Below, in pieces: positions 54,482 to 63,236 of a stretch of 64,000 nt of DNA. Each line of letters starts with the position of its first letter. Within the stretch, counting starts at the first letter, position 1. Origin of the DNA: Candidatus Omnitrophota bacterium (GTDB lineage: Bacteria; Omnitrophota; Gorgyraeia; Duberdicusellales; 4484-171); the NCBI GenBank assembly GCA_021735655.1, contig JAIPGM010000003.1:32001-96000 (forward strand), in the 5' to 3' direction. The notes under the pieces are model-generated. The model was not told where the DNA came from and did no database searches. It was given only the letters and a program-made list of their open reading frames with translations. Made by a program: the position numbers and the translations under genes.

Positions 54482-55231
54482 ATGTCGGATATATCCGTAG
54501 TTATCGTTACCGAGAATGCTCAAGACACTATCAAAGACTGTCTTGATTCAGCAAGCTGGGCTGATGAAATTGTTGTTGCAGATGCTGAAAGCAGTGACCA
54601 AACAATTGAGATTGTTACTAAATATACAGATAGAATAGTCAAGATCGACCCACAGCTTAATTCTGGACAGCGGTGGAATCAAGCTATAGCCGCAGCAAGT
54701 AAAAATTGGATATTTTTGCTTGAATCCGACAAAAGAATACCGTTGGCTCTAAGGCTTGAATTAGAAAAGAGAGTTAAAGAAAATAAGTTAAAGGATGCAG
54801 ATGGGTATTTAATTAATACAAGAAATTATTTTTTGAACCATTGGGTTAAGACGGCCGGTTTTTATCCCGATCGTAAATTATATATTTTTAGAAAAGGTAT
54901 GGCTAAATTCCAAGAGCGACAACGTGGCTGTATTGTTTTTGAAGGCAAGATTGATAATCTAAACGGGTATATTGAACATTACGTTTATAGATCTTTAGAA
55001 CAGTGTTTTTCTAAAGTAAATAAAGAGTCAGATAATTTGGCAGAAGAATTTTTTGGCCAGGGGTTAATTTTTAAAAAGCGGTTTGTAATCACAAAACCCT
55101 TGAGAACATTTAAAAAACAATACTTTCGTCATCGGGGCTCAAAGCAAGGGATGGCAGGGTTGTTGATTTCTCTTGTCGCTGCTTTTGAATGTTTTTTTGT
55201 CTATATAAAGGTGTGGGCAATTAGGAGATAG
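54482..55231 (+). CDS. GT2 glycosyltransferase, KdtX/WaaE-like (LPS core)
   Basis: SVVIVTENAQDTIKDCLDSASWADEIVVADAESSDQTIEIV parallels the KdtX N-terminus. Confidence 0.65.
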   Translation: MSDISVVIVTENAQDTIKDCLDSASWADEIVVADAESSDQTIEIVTKYTDRIVKIDPQLNSGQRWNQAIAAASKNWIFLLESDKRIPLALRLELEKRVKENKLKDADGYLINTRNYFLNHWVKTAGFYPDRKLYIFRKGMAKFQERQRGCIVFEGKIDNLNGYIEHYVYRSLEQCFSKVNKESDNLAEEFFGQGLIFKKRFVITKPLRTFKKQYFRHRGSKQGMAGLLISLVAAFECFFVYIKVWAIRR

Positions 55232-55232
55232 A

Positions 55233-55997
55233 GTGAAAACAAGGTTGAGTTTTTCAGCGGTTATAATCACTAAGAATGCAGAGGCTAAGATAAGAAATTG
55301 CCTCGAGAGTATAAAATGGGCAGATCAGGTGGTAGTGGTTGATGGATTCTCGACCGATTCGACGGTCGATATTTGTAAAGAGTATGGCGCTAAGATCGTT
55401 CAAAGAAAATTCGAAGGTTTTGATAAAGAAAGAAACGCCGGCATTGAACATGCTTCTGGAGATTGGATTCTTCAGTTAGACGCTGATGAGGTAGTGAGCG
55501 AAGATATGCGCAAGGCTGTAAAGGAAGTGCTTAGTGGTGATGAAAAATATAATGCCTATAAATTTCGCAGGCAGAATTTCTTTTTAGGTAAAGCCATGCG
55601 GTATGGAGGATGGTACCACTACTCTGCTCATTTTTTAAGGAAAGGCAAGGCTCATTATGAAGGCAGCATTCATGAAACTCTTGTTGTTGATGGTCCGATT
55701 GGTAAGTTGGAGGCAGCAGTAGAGCATTATCCTTTTGACAATATATCGGATTTCATCAGGCGTCAAAACAGATACACTAACCTTCAGTCACAAAGGATGC
55801 TCGATGATTTAGGCATTAAAGATGATAAATTTATAAAAAAGAATCTTTTAAAACGAATGCGTAAGGTATTTTGGAAGACTTACATAAAGAAAAAAGGGTT
55901 CAAGGAAGGAATGCATGGTTTAGTATTCAGTATTCTTTTTGTTTGGGTGGAATTTATTAAATGGGCAAAGTATTGGGAACTAGTCAGTAAAAAGTGA
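55233..55997 (+). CDS. GT2 glycosyltransferase, KdtX/WaaE-like (tandem paralogue)
   Basis: SAVIITKNAEAKIRNCLESIKWADQVVVVDGFSTDSTVDICKEYGAKIV. GTG start with an AGGAG RBS. Confidence 0.65.
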   Translation: MKTRLSFSAVIITKNAEAKIRNCLESIKWADQVVVVDGFSTDSTVDICKEYGAKIVQRKFEGFDKERNAGIEHASGDWILQLDADEVVSEDMRKAVKEVLSGDEKYNAYKFRRQNFFLGKAMRYGGWYHYSAHFLRKGKAHYEGSIHETLVVDGPIGKLEAAVEHYPFDNISDFIRRQNRYTNLQSQRMLDDLGIKDDKFIKKNLLKRMRKVFWKTYIKKKGFKEGMHGLVFSILFVWVEFIKWAKYWELVSKK

Positions 55998-56938
55998 AAA
56001 AAGTTTTATTCATTCGTTCAGACAGATTGGGAGAGTTTTTATTGAGCCTCCCAGCAATTAAACTTTTCAAACTTAATTATCCTCAAAGTGATGTTTACCT
56101 TTTGGCTCAAAAAACTAATATTGAGCTAACCAAGGATGTCGACTTCATCGATTATTTTTTAGAATATAAAGAAAATAGCTTTTCTGGCTTTAAAGGAGTT
56201 TTTCGTTTAGCAGCCTGCTTAAGAAAAGAAAAAATAGACTGTTTAGTGGCTATGAACCCTAAAAAGGAGTTTCATCTAGCTGCTAAGCTAGCCGGTATAC
56301 CTTTACGGGTTGGCTATGATCGAAAGTGGGGCTGGTGTTTAAATAAAAAAATTAAAGATAAAAAGTATTTGGAAGAGAAACACGAGGTTGAATATAATAT
56401 AGAATTAGTAAGGTTGATTTGTGGGGATTTGCCAGCGCTCGAAGTTGATCTTAAGGTCGACGGGCAAGAGTCACTAGATTTTTTAAAAGAAGATTTAGAT
56501 ATCTCAAGTTCTTATTTAATAGTTCATCCATTTACTTCTAATCCCTTAAAGAAGGTTTATTTTGAGTTCTGGCGAAGCTTAATAAGACGGTTAAAAGAAA
56601 AAGGCTTTGAAAATATTGTACTTATTGGCGCAACCAGCGAAAAAGAAGAGGCTAAGGAATTAGCAGCTGAGCTGGGAATTATTGACTTAGTTGGAACTAT
56701 GAGCTTGCGTAATCTAGCTGCTTTTATGAAATATAACTGCTCAGCCTTTGTTGGGTTAGATTCGGGGCCAATGCATTTAGCCAGTTTATTCAAAATTCCG
56801 GTGGTAAGCTTATTTACCACTTCAAATCCTAAACGTTGGGGTCCCTGGAAAACCAAGTCTTTGGTTTTTGAGCTAAAACCAAAAGAGGATTTTTCTAATC
56901 AAGTTACTGAGGCAGTAAATTTTATCCTTAAACAATAA
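55994..56938 (+). CDS. GT9 glycosyltransferase (LPS heptosyltransferase family)
   Basis: VLFIRSDRLGEFLLSLPAIKLFKLNYPQSDVYLLAQ... and a C-terminal GLDSGPMHLAS motif. Confidence 0.75.
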   Translation: MKKVLFIRSDRLGEFLLSLPAIKLFKLNYPQSDVYLLAQKTNIELTKDVDFIDYFLEYKENSFSGFKGVFRLAACLRKEKIDCLVAMNPKKEFHLAAKLAGIPLRVGYDRKWGWCLNKKIKDKKYLEEKHEVEYNIELVRLICGDLPALEVDLKVDGQESLDFLKEDLDISSSYLIVHPFTSNPLKKVYFEFWRSLIRRLKEKGFENIVLIGATSEKEEAKELAAELGIIDLVGTMSLRNLAAFMKYNCSAFVGLDSGPMHLASLFKIPVVSLFTTSNPKRWGPWKTKSLVFELKPKEDFSNQVTEAVNFILKQ

Positions 56939-56946
56939 TTTTAATT

Positions 56947-58290
56947 ATGGATAGTTTATTCAATATCCCTAAAGTCTACACAGTTTTAGAACTTAATAAT
57001 ACTGTTCGTTCGGCTATTAAAGATAAGTTTCCTGAACAGGTTTGGGTTTGTGGTGAAATTCAAGGATTGCGTCCTGATCGCGGCAAAAGACACACTTACT
57101 TTGAATTAGTTCAAAAGGGTTCTGAAGTTGAAGGAATTGTAGCTAAAGTTAAGGTTGCTCTTTTTGCCGGGCGTAAACCAGTGATTGATCGGAGAATTCA
57201 AGAAACCAAAGGAGCTTTTGAACTCAAGAACGATATTGAGGTAAAGTTTTTATGTGAAGTTAGTCTACATGCTCCGACTGGTCAATATAGCATTGTAATT
57301 GTTGACATTGATACGGTTTATACTTTAGGTAAGGTTGCCCAGAATAGATTAAAAATAATTGAAGAGTTAAAGCAAAAGGGGGCTTTTGAGAAGAATAAGC
57401 TACACCAATTGCCGCTTTTGCCTTTGAAGGTCGGCTTGATCACTGCTTATGATTCAGCTGCTTATCATGATTTTACCAATGAATTAAGCTTAAGCGGCTT
57501 TGCTTTTAAGGTTTTAGCTATTAACTGTCATATGCAGGGCGCCTTAGTCGAGGCTGATTTGCTCAAAGGGTTAGATTTCTTTAACAAATTGAGCCCTAGT
57601 GAGTTAGACGTTGTTATTGTTACCCGAGGTGGTGGCTCAGTAGCTGATTTGAGCTATTTTGATAATAAAAAGATTGCTGAGGCCATAGCTGATTTAAATT
57701 TTCCGGTTATTTCGGCTATCGGGCATCAGATAAACACTACGATTACTGATATGGTTGCTCATACTTTTTGTAAAACTCCGACTAAGGCTGCTCAGGTTTT
57801 AGTTGAAAAGATGCAGGAGCTTTCACAAAAGCTGGATAATTTAGAAAAGGATATCTTAACTAAAGGAGAAAGTTTAGTTGAAAGCGCTAAGAGTCAGCTT
57901 CAAAACGTAGCCATTAGTATTGACTCGATTGTTTCGCGTTATTTTGTGGTTCATCGTGAAGATATTTTAGAAAAGATGCATTCGATAGCAGCAATTTTAA
58001 GAGTTAGTTTAGCTCAGCAAAATGAATTTTTAAAGAGTACTGTTTTGACTCTTAAGACAGCCTTGCCCAATGTTTTTAGAAGTCTTTTTGAGCAGTTGAG
58101 CCATTTAGAAGAGAAGGTGAGCATATTAGATCCGAAACAGGTCTTGCGGCGCGGTTATTCCTTAACTTATAAGAATGGGCAGATATTTAAGTCAATTAAA
58201 GATGTTGAGGTTGGTGATCGGGTTACTACAGTTCTTTATGATGGTAAAATAGATTCTGAAGTTAAGAAAAAGGAGAAAACAAATGAGTAA
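56947..58290 (+). CDS. xseA: Exodeoxyribonuclease VII large subunit
   Basis: N-terminal OB-fold LSELNNTVRSAIKDKFPEQVWVCGEIQG, a central catalytic region (VITRGGGS), and a C-terminal coiled coil. Confidence 0.85.
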   Translation: MDSLFNIPKVYTVLELNNTVRSAIKDKFPEQVWVCGEIQGLRPDRGKRHTYFELVQKGSEVEGIVAKVKVALFAGRKPVIDRRIQETKGAFELKNDIEVKFLCEVSLHAPTGQYSIVIVDIDTVYTLGKVAQNRLKIIEELKQKGAFEKNKLHQLPLLPLKVGLITAYDSAAYHDFTNELSLSGFAFKVLAINCHMQGALVEADLLKGLDFFNKLSPSELDVVIVTRGGGSVADLSYFDNKKIAEAIADLNFPVISAIGHQINTTITDMVAHTFCKTPTKAAQVLVEKMQELSQKLDNLEKDILTKGESLVESAKSQLQNVAISIDSIVSRYFVVHREDILEKMHSIAAILRVSLAQQNEFLKSTVLTLKTALPNVFRSLFEQLSHLEEKVSILDPKQVLRRGYSLTYKNGQIFKSIKDVEVGDRVTTVLYDGKIDSEVKKKEKTNE

Positions 58291-58495
58291 AAAACCCACC
58301 AAGTATCGCGAAGCCATAGTTGAGCTACAGGCTATCCTTAATGGTCTTGAATCTGAGCAGATCGATGTCGATGAAGTTTCACAAAAGGTAAAGCGAGCAG
58401 TTGAGCTGATTAAGCTATGCCGGGAAAGAATTGAAAGTACTGAATTAGAGGTTAGAAAGATAGTAAAAGAGTTCGAAAAGGATCCGGCGAAGTAG
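58283..58495 (+). CDS. xseB: Exodeoxyribonuclease VII small subunit
   Basis: 70-aa helical protein (YREAIVELQAILNGLESEQIDVDEVSQKVKRAVELIKLCRERI) that overlaps xseA by 8 nt. Confidence 0.75.
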   Translation: MSKKPTKYREAIVELQAILNGLESEQIDVDEVSQKVKRAVELIKLCRERIESTELEVRKIVKEFEKDPAK

Positions 58496-58508
58496 ATATT
58501 TAATCTAC

Positions 58509-58537
58509 TTGACCTAATTTGAAGCTTTTGTTATAAT
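58509..58537 (+). promoter_or_regulatory. Strong sigma70-like promoter upstream of rpsO-pnp
   Basis: -35 TTGACC at 58509-58514, a 17-nt spacer, then a perfect -10 TATAAT at 58532-58537. A 110-nt leader follows before the rpsO ATG. Confidence 0.5.
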
Positions 58538-58649
58538 ACCTTCCTACGGTGGCTTCCCGCTTCCTTTCCCAATTTCAATTTTTTTGAAGTGAGGGTTGAG
58601 AAGGTAAGCAAAAGTAGTTAATTAGAGTAGTTAATTAAGGTGATTTATT

Positions 58650-58913
58650 ATGATTGAAAAGAGCAAAAAGAAGAAATTAATTGAGAAATTTAAGGTGCAT
58701 GTTGAGGATACTGGTTCAGCAACGGTCCAGATAGCTCTGCTAAGTGAGAGGATAAATTATCTTACCGATCACCTTAAAAAGCACAAGAAAGATTTTCATT
58801 CCCGCCGTGGCCTGTTAACTCTTGTTGGAAGACGTCGTCGCCTCTTGAGTTATCTCGCTATAAAAGAACCTCAAAGCTATGCTGAGGTCACGAAGGAGCT
58901 TAAACTTAAATAA
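58650..58913 (+). CDS. rpsO: 30S ribosomal protein S15
   Basis: [49 protein letters not shown]. Confidence 0.9.
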   Translation: MIEKSKKKKLIEKFKVHVEDTGSATVQIALLSERINYLTDHLKKHKKDFHSRRGLLTLVGRRRRLLSYLAIKEPQSYAEVTKELKLK

Positions 58914-58914
58914 T

Positions 58915-61008
58915 ATGACCGCTTCAGTATCTACTTCCAAATTAGGAAAGAGTACACTTAGTTTTTCTACCGGACAGTGGGCCAAACAAGCTCATGGAAG
59001 CGTTTGTGCTTCTTTGGGTGATACTTTAGTTTTAACCACGGCCTGTATGTCTAAGGAGCCTTCTCCGGGAAGAGGTTTTTTCCCGCTTACCGTTGAATAT
59101 CAAGAAAGAACCTATGCAATGGGAAAGATACCGGGAGGTTTTTTCAAGAAAGAGGGAAGGTCCAAGGATGATGAAATCTTAACTGCCCGTCTTATTGATC
59201 GACCCTTAAGGCCACTTTTTCCTAAAGGATTAACTAATGAAGTTCAGTTAATCAACATGGTTTTATCTAGTGACGGAGTAAATGATCCGGATATCTTGGC
59301 GGTTAATGCAGCAAGTTGCGCCTTAGTTATTTCTGATATTCCTTTTGATAATCCAGTTGGCGCAGTGAGAGTTTCAAGATTAGAGAATAAGTTAATAATT
59401 AACCCTAGCTATGAACAGAGGACATCTTCGGATATGGACTTAGTAGTAGTGGGGACTGATTCAAAGATTGTGATGCTTGAGGGAGGTCTAAAAGAGGTTG
59501 CTGAAAAAGATGTTTTAGAAGCAATTAATTTTGCCCATCCATTTATAAAAGAAATCATTACTTTACAGAAGGATTTAGCTAAAAAGGTTGGTAAAAAGAA
59601 ACGTCAGCCGGAATTATCCAAGATAAATGAGGATTTACTTAAGCAGGTTAAGGTTAAGGCTAGTGCCAAGCTTGAGAAAATTTACGCCGTTGTTGATCGC
59701 GACCAAAAACATCTTCAGTCAGAGGAAGTTCTTTCTTTTTTGGTTGAAGAGTTAATAACTGAAGATTCTGAAATAACCGAAACAGACATAAAGAATGCAT
59801 TGGAAGTTGTTGAAGAAGATATTTTACGTGAAAAGATCCTTAAAGAAGGTAAGCGACCGGATGGTCGGTCGATAACTGATATTCGTAATATTGAATGTAA
59901 GGTCGGGGTTTTGCCAAGAACTCATGGTTCAGCAACCTTTACCCGCGGTCAGACTCAATCCTTAGCTGTGGTTACTTTGGGTACCAGTTCTGATGAGCAG
60001 CTGATTGAGACTTTAGAAGGAAAAGATTATAAGAATTTTATTTTTCATTATAGTTTCCCGCCTTTTAGTGTTGGTGAAGTTAAATTTATGCGTGGCCCCT
60101 CAAGAAGAGAAGTTGGCCATGGTGCCTTAGCTGAGAAATCACTAACACCGTTAATTCCTTCCAAGGAAGATTTTCCTTACACGATAAGGCTAGTTTCAGA
60201 AATTCTAGAATCAAATGGTTCTTCAAGCATGGCTTCAGCTTGTGCAGCTTCGCTTTCATTGATGGATGCTGGAGTTCCGATAGAGGAGCTAGTTTCCGGA
60301 ATTGCTATTGGTATGGTCACTAAGGGTGAGGAATATAAAATTCTTACTGATATTGCTGGAGCCGAAGATCATTATGGTGATATGGATTTTAAGGTGGCCG
60401 GGACTAAAAATGGTATTACGGCAATTCAACTTGATACAAAAATTGATGGATTAAATTTTAAGATGATTGAAGATACTCTTGCTCGGGCCAAAGAAGCCCG
60501 GGCTAAAATATTAGAGCATATGGTTAAAGCTATATCAGCACCTCGGGAATCTCTTTCTGAATATGCACCGAAGATAAAGTCATTTGATATAAATCCTGAG
60601 AAAATTGGTGCGATTATCGGGCCCGGTGGAAAGATTATTAAAAGAATTCAGCGTGAAAATAATGTTACTGTTGATATTTCTGATGAGACCGGTACAGTTT
60701 CAGTTGCTGCTCAGACTACAGCAGAATTAGAAAAAGCAGTTAGGCAAATCGAAAACCTAGTCAAAGAAGTAGAGGTTGGCGAAATCTATGAGGCTACCGT
60801 CGAGCGTATTGTTAGCTTTGGTGCCTTTTGTGAAATTGCCCCGGGTAAGTCTGGATTAGTACACGTTTCAGAGCTAGCCGATGGATTTGTCAAAGACGTA
60901 AACGAATTTTTGAAACTGGGTGACGTAGTAACCACAAAAGTAATCGGAATAGACCCTCAGGGCAAAATTCGCCTGAGTATTAAACAAGCAAAGCCAGAAA
61001 ACTCATAA
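58915..61008 (+). CDS. pnp: Polyribonucleotide nucleotidyltransferase (PNPase)
   Basis: Two RNase PH domains, then KH (IGAIIGPGGKIIKRI) and S1 (GEIYEATVERIVSFGAFCEI) domains. The start is set at the ATG at 58915, 1 nt after the rpsO stop; the track start at 58879 overlaps rpsO. Confidence 0.9.
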   Translation: MTASVSTSKLGKSTLSFSTGQWAKQAHGSVCASLGDTLVLTTACMSKEPSPGRGFFPLTVEYQERTYAMGKIPGGFFKKEGRSKDDEILTARLIDRPLRPLFPKGLTNEVQLINMVLSSDGVNDPDILAVNAASCALVISDIPFDNPVGAVRVSRLENKLIINPSYEQRTSSDMDLVVVGTDSKIVMLEGGLKEVAEKDVLEAINFAHPFIKEIITLQKDLAKKVGKKKRQPELSKINEDLLKQVKVKASAKLEKIYAVVDRDQKHLQSEEVLSFLVEELITEDSEITETDIKNALEVVEEDILREKILKEGKRPDGRSITDIRNIECKVGVLPRTHGSATFTRGQTQSLAVVTLGTSSDEQLIETLEGKDYKNFIFHYSFPPFSVGEVKFMRGPSRREVGHGALAEKSLTPLIPSKEDFPYTIRLVSEILESNGSSSMASACAASLSLMDAGVPIEELVSGIAIGMVTKGEEYKILTDIAGAEDHYGDMDFKVAGTKNGITAIQLDTKIDGLNFKMIEDTLARAKEARAKILEHMVKAISAPRESLSEYAPKIKSFDINPEKIGAIIGPGGKIIKRIQRENNVTVDISDETGTVSVAAQTTAELEKAVRQIENLVKEVEVGEIYEATVERIVSFGAFCEIAPGKSGLVHVSELADGFVKDVNEFLKLGDVVTTKVIGIDPQGKIRLSIKQAKPENS

Positions 61009-61010
61009 CC

Positions 61011-63236
61011 ATGAAGCATCTCTCTTCTTTTCTGAAGAGTGTTACTTTATTCCTCGCTTCAATTCTGATTCTCTTCAGTCTTATATCTTACAATCCTGTT
61101 GATATTTCTTTTTTAACAGCCCCAAAAGCAGCCGCAATTACCAATCTTATTGGTATTGGTGGAGCCTATTTGGCATTCTTACTATTTTTTCTTATCGGCT
61201 ATACAGCTTATTTTATTCCGGTCTATCTTTTTTTAACTGGTTTTAATACTTTGGGGATTGTGCGTTCTACCGGTTTAGCTAGTCGAAAGACAATCAGTCT
61301 ATTTGCTTTTATATTTTTTGTTTCTTTCCTTGCGGCTTTTATTGGGGTATTTCCTCAAAGCCAGGTCGATATATTTAGTGCTTCTGGGATTATTGGTTTT
61401 TCTTTAGCTTCATTTTTTAAGAAATATCTTGGGACCCACGGCGCCTTACTTACTTTATTTCTACTTATAGCGGTAAACGCAACTCTTTTATTTGGTTTTT
61501 TCTTTGTCGATCTAGTTAAGGCAATTAAAGCTTTAATCATTAGTTTAGTTTCTTTTATTAGAGATCGAAAGGCTAATCAAGGAGAAGGACCTGAATTAGT
61601 ACGCAAGAAAAAGAAATTGATAACACCGGCTAAAATATTTGAAAAAATAAAACCGGAGATAAAAGTATATGCGCCTAAGGTTGAAACTGATTCTAATTTA
61701 ACTTCTCAGCGGGCCAGTAAAGAAGAGCTTAAGCTTAAAAGTGCTAGTTTAAGAGCTTCAGTTGGTAACAAAGATTCTGCCAATAGCGGTTTTGATCCTC
61801 AAAATGAGCAGCCGGGGAAACCTTTTGATCCGCGTAACTACAAGTTGCCTCATCCATCATTGATAAAGTTGCCCCCTTATTCTGATCAACGTCAGTCCAA
61901 AGATGATATAAAGTCTAAGATTAAGGAGTTAGAGAAAACCTTACTTGATTTCGGTGTTGAAGCCAAAGTGGTTAGTGTCCAGAAGGGGCCGGTGGTTACT
62001 ATGTACGAAGTTTCTCCTCAGTCAGGTACGAAAATTCAGAAAATTTCAGTACTCGCTGATGATATAGCTTTATCAATGAAGTCTTCGCATGTTCGGATAG
62101 TCGCTCCGATTCCTGGAAAGGGGACGGTTGGTGTTGAGATTCCTAACAGCGTAAAGAACTTTGTATTTTTAAGAGAAGTTATTGAAGAAAAAGCTTTTAC
62201 TAACGCTACCTCGAAACTCAGCGTTGCTATTGGAAAAGATGTTTCGGGGAATCCGGTGGTTGCCGATCTTACTGAGATGCCGCACCTTTTAATTGCCGGC
62301 GCAACCGGTGCCGGAAAAACCATCTGCGTTAACTCTTTAATTTCATCAATTCTTTTTAAAGCTCGACCGGATGAGGTTAAATTCATAATGGTTGATCCAA
62401 AAATGGTCGAACTAGCAATATTTTCCGGAATTCCTCATCTTATCCATCCGATTATCTCCGAAGCCAAAAAAGCATTTTTAGCTTTGAACTGGGCAACTGA
62501 AGAGATGGAAAGAAGATACCAGCTCTTGGCTGATGAAGGTTGTCGCAATATACAGGCTTACAATAAAAAAGGTAAAAAACTTCCTTATATCGTTATTATT
62601 GTTGATGAGTTGGCCGATTTAATGATAGTTGCTCGTGATAGCATTGAGACTACGATTCAAAGATTGGCTCAGCTTTCCCGGGCAGTAGGTATTCACTTGG
62701 TTTTAGCTACCCAGCGGCCATCAGTGGATGTTATTACCGGAGTAATTAAAGCTAACTTTCCTTCACGTATTTCTTTTAAGGTAGCTTCTAAGGTTGACTC
62801 GCGTACGGTTTTGGATTCAATGGGGGCTGATAAACTTCTTGGTAATGGAGATTTACTTTTCTTAAAGCCAGGCGCTTTAAAGTTAATTCGAGCTCAAGGT
62901 TCTTTTCTTGACGATGAAGATATCGAGATTCTTGCTAATTTTGTCAAAGTTCAAGGAAGGCCAGTTTATGAAGAGGCAATTTCTGAAGCTGAAAAGAAAG
63001 CTAAAACTAATCTAGGTAGCGATGAGCTATTTGATGATGCGGTAAAGGTTATTCTCGGTGCTCGTCAGGCTTCAGCTTCGATACTGCAACGAAGAATGCG
63101 GGTTGGTTATACCCGAGCCGCCCGATTGCTAGATATAATGGAGCAGGAGGGAATTGTTGGTCCGTTTTGCGGAAGCAAGGCTAGGGAGATTATAGTTGAG
63201 CCTGAGAAGTACTTAGCTGAAAGGGGTTGGTTATGA
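61011..63236 (+). CDS. ftsK: DNA translocase FtsK
   Basis: Four N-terminal TM helices and a low-complexity linker. Motor domain with Walker A GATGAGKT and Walker B IVIIVDELAD. C-terminal gamma winged-helix (ILQRRMRVGYTRAARLLDIME). Confidence 0.85.
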   Translation: MKHLSSFLKSVTLFLASILILFSLISYNPVDISFLTAPKAAAITNLIGIGGAYLAFLLFFLIGYTAYFIPVYLFLTGFNTLGIVRSTGLASRKTISLFAFIFFVSFLAAFIGVFPQSQVDIFSASGIIGFSLASFFKKYLGTHGALLTLFLLIAVNATLLFGFFFVDLVKAIKALIISLVSFIRDRKANQGEGPELVRKKKKLITPAKIFEKIKPEIKVYAPKVETDSNLTSQRASKEELKLKSASLRASVGNKDSANSGFDPQNEQPGKPFDPRNYKLPHPSLIKLPPYSDQRQSKDDIKSKIKELEKTLLDFGVEAKVVSVQKGPVVTMYEVSPQSGTKIQKISVLADDIALSMKSSHVRIVAPIPGKGTVGVEIPNSVKNFVFLREVIEEKAFTNATSKLSVAIGKDVSGNPVVADLTEMPHLLIAGATGAGKTICVNSLISSILFKARPDEVKFIMVDPKMVELAIFSGIPHLIHPIISEAKKAFLALNWATEEMERRYQLLADEGCRNIQAYNKKGKKLPYIVIIVDELADLMIVARDSIETTIQRLAQLSRAVGIHLVLATQRPSVDVITGVIKANFPSRISFKVASKVDSRTVLDSMGADKLLGNGDLLFLKPGALKLIRAQGSFLDDEDIEILANFVKVQGRPVYEEAISEAEKKAKTNLGSDELFDDAVKVILGARQASASILQRRMRVGYTRAARLLDIMEQEGIVGPFCGSKAREIIVEPEKYLAERGWL

